Source: an uncultured Chitinophagaceae bacterium (GTDB lineage Bacteria > Bacteroidota > Bacteroidia > Chitinophagales > Chitinophagaceae). From it: 64,000 bases of DNA. Shown here in pieces: positions 53,990-62,964 of this stretch. The stretch spans positions 158,659-222,658 of the forward strand of contig CAYZDJ010000005.1 in NCBI GenBank assembly GCA_964477265.1, given 5' to 3'. The notes beneath the pieces were generated by a model. That model did no database searches, was not told the DNA's origin, and was given only the letters and a program-made list of their open reading frames with translations. Numbering within the stretch: position 1 is the first letter of the stretch; each line of letters begins with the position of its first letter. The translations under genes and the position numbers were made by a program.

Positions 53990-56900
53990 ATGAAACAGTT
54001 AATTACTTTTTGCTTTTGCCTTTTATCGTTTAACTCTTTAATGGCACAAGGTGTGGGCATAGGCACAACCACCCCAGATAGTAGTGCAGCATTAGATATT
54101 AAGAGTACCAACAAAGGTTTTCTGATGCCCAAAATGACAAAAGTTCAACGCAATGCTATTGCCAACCCTTCTGAAGGATTACAAATTTATCAAACAGATA
54201 GTATCAAAGGTGTATATGTATTTAGCAATGGAGAATGGTGTCCTTTAATGATGCGTTTAGGAAAAAATAAAATTATAAAAGATACTATAAGATTCACCAA
54301 CGCACCAGCCACATTCACCATTCCAAATGCTGTAACCAAAGTGAAAATATATTTGTATGGAGCCAGTGGTGGCAAAGGATTTAGCAGGCACTATCATTTT
54401 GATTCTTGTTTTAGTGTAGCCACAAACGACACCATTCAAAGCACCCCAAATTATGGAGTGGGAGTTGTAGGAGAATTAAGTGTTACCAGTGGTCAGCAAC
54501 TTTTTTTTAATATAGGAGGAAAAGGTAATGATGGCATAACCAGCTATGGCATTATACCAACTGTTAATGGTGGTTACAATAATGGAGGAAGTGCAAACAG
54601 CCAGTTCTTTCCTTACCAAGCTGTAGACATGTGGTGTCCACCAAAAGGGGCTTCTGTTTTTAGGGAAGATAGTCACTACAATTCTGGTGGTGGGGGGGGT
54701 GGATTTTCAAGTGTTGGGTTAGGAAATACCTATAACTATATTTTAACTGCCAATGGGGGCAATGGTGGAGATGGGGTGTCTGTATCAGAATTTGGTGGTA
54801 TTGTATCATCTGGTGGTTTGGCTGTTGGTACTAACTCATACAATAGCCCTGTTACTAATTTCAGTGTTTTGGGTAGCACAAATAGTGGCAATGGCTATGC
54901 AGTGGTAGAATATGAAACAGCATATATTACCGACAATTCTAACTACTTAGATTCTATCTTAAAATCATTAACCAATGGTGCACCTATAATTACAAGTATA
55001 ACTGCAACTTCGCCTTTGCAGGTTACTATGGCTGCCAATACTGCAAACATTTCAATAGCTCAATCTGGTGCTGGTAGCAATGGTATTTTAACCAGTGCAG
55101 ATTGGAATACTTTCAATAACAAGCAATCAGCTTTAAGCAATGCAAACTCAACAACAAGTGGTATTTTAACAAATACTGATTGGAACAACTTTAATAACAA
55201 AGGAACTTTTACACTTCCATCTTTAACAAATGGCAATATAGTTTTTAGCAATGGCAGCACATTAACCCAAAATAATAATTTGTATTTCGATAATGCAAAT
55301 AGTAATTTAGGAATTGGAACAAACTCACCAAATAGTATTAGCAGAGTAACTATAAACAGTGCTAATGTTGGCACAGGCACAAGCAATTGGATTGGTACTA
55401 ATGTAGGTGGTGCAAATGGTGATAGAGTTGTGAGTGGAATACTAAATAGTGAAGCTACAATTGGTGCTCACAACAATAGTTTAACAGCTTGGAGTACATT
55501 AAATATAAATCCTGGTGGCAGCGTTAAGTTTGGTAATTTATCTGGTTCTGGAACAAGAAATTTAGTGGTAGATGCTAATGGTTTAGTAAGCACACAAAAC
55601 ATCACAACATATAGTAATGCCAATGCCACAACAACAGGTTTATTAAGCAATACAGATTGGAATACATTTAACAACAAGCAAACTGCTTTAAGCAATGCTA
55701 ACACAACAACCAATGGCATTTTAACTAGTGCAGACTGGAACGTTTTTAATAACAAATTTTCTTTACCAACCTTAACTGATGGAAGTATTTTATTTAGCAA
55801 CGGCTCAACTATCAGCCAAAACAATAACAAATATTTTTGGGATAATACTAACAATCGTTTAGGTATTGGAACAAACACACCCAACCGAACTTTAACTGTT
55901 AATAGCACCAATAATGGAAGTGGTTATAGCGATTGGATTACAGGAAATTTTGGTGGCACAGCAGGCGATAGAGTGGTAATTGGCAGTGCCAATGGTGAGG
56001 CAGTAATTGGAGCTCACAACAATGCTTTAAATGGCTGGGATACTTTAAATGTAGGAGATGCAGGCAAAGTAAAAATCCCAAGTTTAAGTGGCACAGGTAA
56101 TAGAATGGTAGTTGCAGATGCTACTGGTTTATTAAGTGCACAAGCAATTCCTACTGTTGCAGATAATTTAGGAAATCATACAGCTATTCAAAACATTAAG
56201 TTAAGTAATAATTGGCTAAGCAACACAGGTTCTAACAATGGTATATACATAAAAGACAGTGCAAGTATTGGTATCAATACAAATAACCCACAAGGCTCAT
56301 TTGATGTGTCAAGTTATATTACCAACTACACAGGAAGCTATACTTTAAATTCAAATCCTGCACTTGCTTTTTCATCTGATGGCTCAACAGGTTCTGGTGA
56401 TGCTTTTGATAACAATGCTTTTAATGTATGGATTGCAAATAGTAGCACTTTACCAGTTGCTGTAGGCGAAAACTTTGGTGCAGGCAATGAAAAAATAATA
56501 CGCAAATACATCATCTATTTTCAACCTAACAAAGATGGTGCACCCAACCTTTCAGAGACTTGGACAATAAGCTATCAACTACAAGCAAGTAATGATGCTA
56601 CAAATTGGAATACTTTACACAGCGGTAGTCATAATGCTTACACATCAGATGATCATACAGGTGGTGCTACTTTTAACAATACTACTGCTTACAGATATTA
56701 TAGAATTTTAATTACTCAATTTGAAAGACATGATAACAATTATGGTGGTGGTGCTATTGTAACTACTGGATTAACACCATACATTAACGATGTATGGTTA
56801 TATGAAGAAACCACAACTGGCACTTGGCAAAGTGGAGCATTAGTAGTTAAGCCAAATGGCAATGTAGGCGTAGGAACTACTACACCTACTGCAAACTTTG

Positions 56901-57616
56901 ATGTTACAGGAAGCGTAAGATTACGAAATGGAGCAACCAATAATGCAATTTTAACCAGCGATGCCAATGGTAATGCAAGTTGGAATGCAACACCAAGTAT
57001 TACAGCTACAAATTTATCTGCAACAAATATGGGTGTAGGCACAGCAGCAACCACAGCAAATTCTATTACAACAAGTGGCACAGGTGGTATTAAAGTTTCA
57101 TCTACCAACCCAGGCACAGGCACTACAGATTGGATTGCAAGTAATGTGGGTGGCACAAATGGCGATAGGGTAGTAAGTGGAAATTTAACAGGTAATGCAA
57201 CTATTGGTGCACACAATGCAGCTTTAAATGGATGGAGCGATTTAGTAATAAATAACACTGCTGCTGCTGGTGCTACTGTTACTATTGGCAGTAGTGCCAA
57301 TGCAAATCCATCAAGCACTAATAATACCACCAAGCTAAACACTAAATTGGTTGTTAATGGAAGCATAAGACAAGGTTACTATATAGTGCCAGTAAGCATT
57401 GCAGCCAATAGTGTATCTTACATTACCTGGACACACAATCTTGGCTATGGACCAATAGTAATGATGAGTACAGACCAAAATGGAGGTGGTGGATATATGG
57501 ATTATTGCAATGTAACCACATTTAATAATAATGCCAATGAAACTGTTTTTGTAATTCGCAATACCAATGGCAGTAACACTGCTACTGGCAATTTAAGGTG
57601 GGTATTGGTATGGTAA
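53990..57616 (+). CDS. 1208-aa secreted mosaic protein: N-terminal fibre-like module, glycine-rich domain, 2.5 tail-fibre-like repeats, discoidin (F5/8 type C)-like domain; no recognisable T9SS CTD
   Basis: Signal peptide. GVGIGTTTPDSSAALDI...QRNAI...GLQIYQTD module. FTIPNAVTKVKIYLYGASGG...GGKGNDG...GGGGGGF...NGGNGGDG...GNGYAVVEYE glycine-rich domain. ILTSADWNTFNNK motifs. NVWIANSS...YRYYRILITQ discoidin-like segment. Confidence 0.8.
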   Translation: MKQLITFCFCLLSFNSLMAQGVGIGTTTPDSSAALDIKSTNKGFLMPKMTKVQRNAIANPSEGLQIYQTDSIKGVYVFSNGEWCPLMMRLGKNKIIKDTIRFTNAPATFTIPNAVTKVKIYLYGASGGKGFSRHYHFDSCFSVATNDTIQSTPNYGVGVVGELSVTSGQQLFFNIGGKGNDGITSYGIIPTVNGGYNNGGSANSQFFPYQAVDMWCPPKGASVFREDSHYNSGGGGGGFSSVGLGNTYNYILTANGGNGGDGVSVSEFGGIVSSGGLAVGTNSYNSPVTNFSVLGSTNSGNGYAVVEYETAYITDNSNYLDSILKSLTNGAPIITSITATSPLQVTMAANTANISIAQSGAGSNGILTSADWNTFNNKQSALSNANSTTSGILTNTDWNNFNNKGTFTLPSLTNGNIVFSNGSTLTQNNNLYFDNANSNLGIGTNSPNSISRVTINSANVGTGTSNWIGTNVGGANGDRVVSGILNSEATIGAHNNSLTAWSTLNINPGGSVKFGNLSGSGTRNLVVDANGLVSTQNITTYSNANATTTGLLSNTDWNTFNNKQTALSNANTTTNGILTSADWNVFNNKFSLPTLTDGSILFSNGSTISQNNNKYFWDNTNNRLGIGTNTPNRTLTVNSTNNGSGYSDWITGNFGGTAGDRVVIGSANGEAVIGAHNNALNGWDTLNVGDAGKVKIPSLSGTGNRMVVADATGLLSAQAIPTVADNLGNHTAIQNIKLSNNWLSNTGSNNGIYIKDSASIGINTNNPQGSFDVSSYITNYTGSYTLNSNPALAFSSDGSTGSGDAFDNNAFNVWIANSSTLPVAVGENFGAGNEKIIRKYIIYFQPNKDGAPNLSETWTISYQLQASNDATNWNTLHSGSHNAYTSDDHTGGATFNNTTAYRYYRILITQFERHDNNYGGGAIVTTGLTPYINDVWLYEETTTGTWQSGALVVKPNGNVGVGTTTPTANFDVTGSVRLRNGATNNAILTSDANGNASWNATPSITATNLSATNMGVGTAATTANSITTSGTGGIKVSSTNPGTGTTDWIASNVGGTNGDRVVSGNLTGNATIGAHNAALNGWSDLVINNTAAAGATVTIGSSANANPSSTNNTTKLNTKLVVNGSIRQGYYIVPVSIAANSVSYITWTHNLGYGPIVMMSTDQNGGGGYMDYCNVTTFNNNANETVFVIRNTNGSNTATGNLRWVLVW
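55061..56155 (+). repeat. Intragenic tandem repeat, 549 + 546 bp (183 + 182 aa units)
   Basis: Unit 1 is 55061-55609 and unit 2 is 55610-56155. Both are in frame and collinear (two [IL]L[ST]xxDWNxFNNK motifs, LGIGTN[ST]PN, GDRVV, IGAHNN, SG[ST]G[TN]R). A third partial copy lies at ~56860-57260. Confidence 0.85.
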
Positions 57617-57681
57617 AATTGGTTTTAATTTTTATTGCTTAATAAATTTTGTAATAGAACATACACAATAAAATTAAATTT

Positions 57682-59739
57682 ATGAAGAAGATATTAATAC
57701 TGCTATTTGTTTGTTGTAGTTGCATTGCTCATGCACAATTAACTGTAAATAATTCAGTAGTTACAATAACAAGTGGTGCAACAGTTAGTATAGATGGATT
57801 GATACTTGTGCCATCTTCAACATTAAACATAACCAATAACACAATTGCAAAAGTAGATAGTGCAGTAACCATTAATGGTGTAGCAAGTATTAAAAAGAAA
57901 TACACCTTAACCAATCCCATAACAATTACAGGAGTTGTGGGTATTAGGTATAATGCAAGTGAGTTAAATAATAACAATGAACCATCATTGCAAATTGCAT
58001 ATAGTTTATTTGGTAATGCATACTCTCTATCAACCACAAGCTCAACAAACACAAGTGGTAGCTATTATATAACAGATAACTTTAATAACACATCTTTTAA
58101 AACATTAACAGCCGCAACGCAATGCACACCAACGTTTGGTAGCACAAGCATTACTGCTTGTAATAGTTATACCTGGAATGGAACTACATATAATGCAAGT
58201 GGCACATATACATTTAACACTACCAACATTGCTGGTTGCGATAGTATAGCAACGCTTGTATTAACCATCAATAACGCTACTTATTCTTACGACACAACAA
58301 ATGTGTGTAGCAGCCAATTGCCATACACTTGGAATGGATTGGTATATACAAGTGCAGGAACAAAAAGTAAAATGTTAACCAATAGTAGAGGCTGCGATAG
58401 TGTTGCAACTTTAACAGTAAATGTAGGAAATGCTGTAACACCAATGGTTTCAATAAGTGGCTCTTCAACTATATGTAGTAATTCAAATGTTACATACACA
58501 GCTAATCCAACAAATGAAGGTGCAGCACCAACATATCAGTGGAAGAAAAATGGAATTACGACTGGTACAGGCAGTACAATAACATTTGTTGCAGGATCAT
58601 TAATATCAGGCGATGCAATAAGTTGCATAATGACAGCTAATAATGCTTGCCAAACAAATAGTTTGGCTAGTAGTAATAGTATTACTACAGCAGTTATAAA
58701 AAGCCCTGTTGCAGCAACAATAGTTTCGCAGTATGGCAACACAACTACTGCTTATACCAATTGTGTATTAGGCACTATTACAAGTTTATATCCTTCAATT
58801 AGTGATGGTGTGTGGAGTTCATCAAACAGTAACATTGTGTCGGTTATTCGAGGAGGTTCGAACACATATACAGCATTAACCACTGCAAATAGTAATGGAA
58901 TTGCAAATGTTTTATATACACTTACTACACCAAACTCTAATTGCACAGCAACATCTTCAGTTACTGTAACAGTTGCACAACAATCAATGCCAAATAGCAT
59001 CATTGGTTCTTCGCAAATTTGTGTAGGTACAAGTAAAACATATACTACATCTTCAACAGGTGGTGTGTGGAGTACAACTGGAAGAATGAGCATCAATCAA
59101 AATGGTATTGCAACAGGTATTAATGCTGGTAATACAAATATTGCCTATACCATTACCAATGCAGCAGGTTGCACAGCTAGTACAAGCTTGCCTATTACCA
59201 TAAATGCATTACCTGCTACACCAACTATTGCTTATGCAAGTGGTACAACAGGCGTAACAGGTAGTGGTGGTATTTGTAAAAATAAAACCTTTACATTGGT
59301 AGGCAATCCAAGTGGTGGTAGTTGGAGTAGTACATTAATAAATATTAACTCTTTAACAGGAGTTGTAAATACAGGTAATACTACAGGTACAGCTAGCGTA
59401 ACCTATACTTATGTAAATAGTAATGGTTGCAGTAGTAGCAGAACAGTTAACACAAATATTGTAGCTTGTGCTTCAAAAGGAATAAAGAATAATGATTTGC
59501 TAACTAATAACTTTACTTTATATCCCAATCCTGTACATTCAACAGTTTATTTAAAAGTTGATAAACTTATAAATAATGGAACTATTGTTATTACAGACCT
59601 TTATGGCAAACAATTAAAACAACAATCGTTAAGCTTTGGTATCAATACAATTGATGTATCAAACCTGGCTAAAGGAATGTATTTGGTGAGTATAATTACC
59701 GAAAATGGTAAGCAAACACAAAAGATGGTAGTGGAATAA
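57682..59739 (+). CDS. 685-aa T9SS type A cargo with two GCDS Cys-bracketed modules and several Ig-like (Big_2/PKD-like) domains
   Basis: Signal peptide. ITACNSYTWNGTTYNASGTYTF...GCDSIATLVLTIN and VCSSQLPYTWNGLVYTSAGT...GCDSVATLTVNV. YQWKKNG Ig-like unit. C-terminal LYPNPVHSTVYLKV...LAKGMYLVSI CTD. Confidence 0.8.
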   Translation: MKKILILLFVCCSCIAHAQLTVNNSVVTITSGATVSIDGLILVPSSTLNITNNTIAKVDSAVTINGVASIKKKYTLTNPITITGVVGIRYNASELNNNNEPSLQIAYSLFGNAYSLSTTSSTNTSGSYYITDNFNNTSFKTLTAATQCTPTFGSTSITACNSYTWNGTTYNASGTYTFNTTNIAGCDSIATLVLTINNATYSYDTTNVCSSQLPYTWNGLVYTSAGTKSKMLTNSRGCDSVATLTVNVGNAVTPMVSISGSSTICSNSNVTYTANPTNEGAAPTYQWKKNGITTGTGSTITFVAGSLISGDAISCIMTANNACQTNSLASSNSITTAVIKSPVAATIVSQYGNTTTAYTNCVLGTITSLYPSISDGVWSSSNSNIVSVIRGGSNTYTALTTANSNGIANVLYTLTTPNSNCTATSSVTVTVAQQSMPNSIIGSSQICVGTSKTYTTSSTGGVWSTTGRMSINQNGIATGINAGNTNIAYTITNAAGCTASTSLPITINALPATPTIAYASGTTGVTGSGGICKNKTFTLVGNPSGGSWSSTLININSLTGVVNTGNTTGTASVTYTYVNSNGCSSSRTVNTNIVACASKGIKNNDLLTNNFTLYPNPVHSTVYLKVDKLINNGTIVITDLYGKQLKQQSLSFGINTIDVSNLAKGMYLVSIITENGKQTQKMVVE

Positions 59740-59790
59740 ATCATAGCCATTTTAATTACAAGTAGCTTAAGCTGACATAATGGAATAAAG

Positions 59791-59826
59791 CAGCCTCGAA
59801 GTAGAAATGCTTCGAGGCTGTTTGTT
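59791..59826 (+). terminator. Rho-independent terminator
   Basis: 11-bp stem CAGCCTCGAAG (59791-59801) / CTTCGAGGCTG (59810-59820) followed by TTTGTT. Confidence 0.8.
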
Positions 59827-59938
59827 GAATAAAGAACTTTAAATTACGTTTAACTTTTTCTTTTCAATAGACTTCTTATTTACTAGGTAAAACAAATTTG
59901 TGGCATAAAAGATATTTTGGTGTAATAGTGTAAGCCGT

Positions 59939-59946
59939 TAGCTTTG
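59939..59946 (+). promoter_or_regulatory. Candidate -7 box (TAGCTTTG)
   Basis: TAnnTTTG ends 18 nt upstream of the ATG at 59965. Confidence 0.4.
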
Positions 59947-59964
59947 AGTGATAAAATTAACCTT

Positions 59965-62724
59965 ATGAGAAAGATATTTGCATTGGTGTTTCTTTTGATA
60001 TTCAACTGTACTAATAACTATGCACAAAATATCTCCAATCAGGGCAAAAACTTTTGGTTAGGTTTCCCTATAAGTAGTACTACTACTCAAGATATGACTT
60101 TATATTTAAGTTGTGAAAATTTGCCAACTGGATTAAACTATGCAACAGTTACAGTAACAATAGATAGCAGTGGTACATCGTCAAATACATGGTGGAGCAG
60201 AACTTATCATATACCTGCAAATACCGCAATTGACATTTCAAAAACAACAGCGTATTCTTTTTCTCCTGCATCAGCGTTGGCAATTGGCTCACTCCCTAAA
60301 GGTTTAAATTTTGATTGTACATTAAGTTCTCCAGCTTGCCCATTTGGAAATGGGGGAACAGGTATTTTTACAAATAAAGGAATTCATATTACCAGTAATG
60401 TTGATATAACTGCTTTTGCTCATCTGTATGGTAGCGTATCTGCTGGAGCAACAATGTTGTTGCCTACAAGTAGCTGGGGTTACAGCTATACTACAGTAAA
60501 TTCTGCTCAAAACTCTGCACAAGGCGAGTCTAATTTCTTTTTTGTAATCGCAAATGAGGATTCAACAAGAGTCAAAATTACAGCCTCTAATTTTTCTAAT
60601 GCTACTACAAATTGCCAACCAGCCGTACCCACACCTTTAACTTCATATATTGTAGAACTCCAAAAGGGGCACATTTACCAATATCTTGGTCGTACAGATG
60701 CTACTACATATAATGGTGTGGAGCTAACTGGAAGTAAAATTCAATCTATACCCAATGCAAATGGTGTAACAAAAAAAATCACAGTTTTTGCAGGAAGCAC
60801 AAGAACTGGTGGAGAAAGTGGAACTAGTTGCTCTGTAAGTAGCAGAGATAATGATATGCAGCAATGTTATCCAGAAAATACATGGGGTAAAAAATATGCA
60901 CTTGTGCCTTTTGCAGCAAGTAGTTCAAGTATTAATACCTCTACTTTTTCAGGAACTGTTTATAAAATTATTGCAAAGGATACAGGAACTTTTGTAGCTA
61001 TAGGTGGTGCAATGCCTATTGCTATTTCTACAATTGGGGCTTATAAATTATCTGCATCTACACCTAAGTATGTTGAAGCTAATAAGCCTATAATGATTGC
61101 ACAATTTATGACAAGTGGAAATTGTAATAGTGGAGATGGAGACCCTGAAATGATATACTTAAACTCTCTTGAGCAAGTAATAAGCAGTACCACTTTTTAT
61201 AGAGCCAATGCCGAAGTTAGTAATAGGAATTTTGTCAATATTGTTGTACCTGATAGCGGTATAGCTACATTAAAAATAGATGGATTAGGGCAGTCTGCTA
61301 ATTGGGGCGGAAATGTTACAGTTAAATCTCATCAAGAAATAATAGGATACAAAATAGTTGTTAAGGGATGGGCTGCTGCTAGCCAACAGTGCGTAATAAA
61401 TAGCAATGCAAGGTTTAATGCTTTTACCTATGGTACTGGTGGTGTAGAAAGTTATGGCTTTAGTTGTGGCACAAATTTAAACGACCTTACTCCTAAATTT
61501 AGCATTTCTGGTTTGCTTATTTCGTCACTAAACAAACAAATCAATAAAGGTAATATTGTTATAAATGGAACAACAAATACGAACAGTATAAGTGATTCAA
61601 CAGGGTGGTTTAATATTAATGTTAGTGAAGGCAACTACACACTTCGCCCCACCAAAAACAACGACATCACCAAAGCCAATGGAGTAACCAGTGTAGATGT
61701 ATTATTGGTGCAACGCCACATATTAAATACAACAAAAATTAAAGGTGCTTACAAATTAATAGCAGCCGATGTAGATGGCAACAAAGCCATTAATAGTGTG
61801 GATGTATTAAGGATAAAACGTTTGATACTTGGCACAGATACAACATTTACCAAAACAGTTGGTACAGTAAAAATAGACAGGCTTTGGGAATTTGTAGATA
61901 GTGCATACGTTTTCCCAGATACTACTAATCCTTTTCCATTTAAAGATTCTATTTCTTTTGCAAATCTAACAAGCAACAAAACCAACCAAACCTTTATTGG
62001 CGTTAAGCTTGGCGATGTAAATGATAGCTGGAACCCTGCAATTGCAAGGGGTGTAGCTACAAAGGCTGTTGAGTTTGTTTATAATATTTCAAACCTTTAC
62101 AGGGCTAAAAACCCTATAAAGATTGTGGTGACTGCTAATAATTTTAAAGACATTGCAGCACTACAATACACATTGCATTTTGATAACGATAAATATGAAT
62201 TTGCAGGAATAGAAAACAATAAACTAAATTTCGATTTTAATAGCAATAAAGCCAATACTACAGGCAATATAGCTATGTTGTGGACAGATAAAAATGCAGC
62301 ATCTCAAACGCTTGAAAATGGTAGTGAGTTATTTACTTTAATTTTAAAACCTAAAGCAAACTTTCGTTCAACTAACGAATCAGAACTTTTGTTGACTAAC
62401 GATATAGCTAACATTGAAGCCTGGGATAATGACTATAAAAAGCACCATATAGTTTTAATTAAACGACAAACAATAAACAATAAGCCACAAACTACAAGCG
62501 AACTTGTTATTTATCCTAATCCTGCTACAAGTATTGTAAATATTGAGTGCAGCAATGCAAAACGAATTGTAATTATTGATGCAATGAGTAGAATAGTACA
62601 ACAAATTAACTATGTAACACAACCATTAACTATTAACTGTAAACTATTAACTAAAGGTGTTTATATAGTGCAGGCAACCATGCAAGATGGTAGTATAAAG
62701 AATGAAAAGCTGGTGGTTGAATAA
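59965..62724 (+). CDS. ~920-aa T9SS type A cargo: IgGFc-binding-protein-like N-terminal domain, CarboxypepD_reg-like domain, dockerin-like repeats, cohesin-like domain
   Basis: Signal peptide. GKNFWLGFP, LLPTSSWGYSY, EDSTRVKI, LQKGHIYQY, MQQCYPENTWGKKY and GDGDPEMIYLNSLEQ match the IgGFc_binding domain pattern. SVDVLLVQRHIL / DVDGNKAINSVDVLRIKRLILG are dockerin-like. IKIVVTANNFKDIAALQYTLHFD is cohesin-like. C-terminal IYPNPATSIVNI...LTKGVYIVQA CTD. Start set at MRKIFAL. Confidence 0.7.
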   Translation: MRKIFALVFLLIFNCTNNYAQNISNQGKNFWLGFPISSTTTQDMTLYLSCENLPTGLNYATVTVTIDSSGTSSNTWWSRTYHIPANTAIDISKTTAYSFSPASALAIGSLPKGLNFDCTLSSPACPFGNGGTGIFTNKGIHITSNVDITAFAHLYGSVSAGATMLLPTSSWGYSYTTVNSAQNSAQGESNFFFVIANEDSTRVKITASNFSNATTNCQPAVPTPLTSYIVELQKGHIYQYLGRTDATTYNGVELTGSKIQSIPNANGVTKKITVFAGSTRTGGESGTSCSVSSRDNDMQQCYPENTWGKKYALVPFAASSSSINTSTFSGTVYKIIAKDTGTFVAIGGAMPIAISTIGAYKLSASTPKYVEANKPIMIAQFMTSGNCNSGDGDPEMIYLNSLEQVISSTTFYRANAEVSNRNFVNIVVPDSGIATLKIDGLGQSANWGGNVTVKSHQEIIGYKIVVKGWAAASQQCVINSNARFNAFTYGTGGVESYGFSCGTNLNDLTPKFSISGLLISSLNKQINKGNIVINGTTNTNSISDSTGWFNINVSEGNYTLRPTKNNDITKANGVTSVDVLLVQRHILNTTKIKGAYKLIAADVDGNKAINSVDVLRIKRLILGTDTTFTKTVGTVKIDRLWEFVDSAYVFPDTTNPFPFKDSISFANLTSNKTNQTFIGVKLGDVNDSWNPAIARGVATKAVEFVYNISNLYRAKNPIKIVVTANNFKDIAALQYTLHFDNDKYEFAGIENNKLNFDFNSNKANTTGNIAMLWTDKNAASQTLENGSELFTLILKPKANFRSTNESELLLTNDIANIEAWDNDYKKHHIVLIKRQTINNKPQTTSELVIYPNPATSIVNIECSNAKRIVIIDAMSRIVQQINYVTQPLTINCKLLTKGVYIVQATMQDGSIKNEKLVVE

Positions 62725-62742
62725 ACTTATATTTCACTGAAT

Positions 62743-62783
62743 AAAAAAGCCTCAATATTTATTATAAATGTTGAGGCTTTTTA
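62743..62783. terminator. Rho-independent terminator (A-run / hairpin / T-run)
   Basis: AGCCTCAA (62748-62755) / TTGAGGCT (62771-62778) with A6 upstream and T5 downstream. Confidence 0.7.
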
Positions 62784-62787
62784 TATT

Positions 62788-62963
62788 AGACCTCTTTCAT
62801 AATAGATTCTATGCATTTATATAAAACTCAACAATAGCAGTCATTGCGAAGGTTCGTGCCTGAAGCAATCTGCTTGAAATAGTTTAGATTGCTTCGTTGG
62901 GCAAGAACCCAATCTCGCAATGACTTACAGCGAAGTTTATTCAACCTATTATGAAAGAGGTCT
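62788..62963. repeat. 176-bp nested-hairpin element with 18-bp terminal inverted repeats (MITE/REP-like or structured RNA)
   Basis: Outer arms AGACCTCTTTCATAATAG (62788-62805) / CTATTATGAAAGAGGTCT (62946-62963). Inner stems GTCATTGCGA/TCGCAATGAC, GGTTCGTGCC/GGCAAGAACC (one mismatch) and GAAGCAATCT/AGATTGCTTC around a 15-nt loop. Confidence 0.8.
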
Positions 62964-62964
62964 A

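Noticed and set aside
55061-56155. Tandem repeats considered as a CRISPR-like or satellite array
   Set aside because: The units are 546-549 bp, in frame and protein-coding, with no short spacer/repeat periodicity. No CRISPR array or cas gene is present anywhere in the window.
55060-57366. Three sizeable antisense ORFs (55060..55386, 55468..55911, 56740..57366; 108-208 aa) inside the 1208-aa gene
   Set aside because: They lie opposite the Asn/Gly/Thr-rich repeats, translate to low-complexity Leu/Val/Pro/Lys strings, and have no start context or promoter box. They are mirror-frame artefacts of a biased coding sequence.
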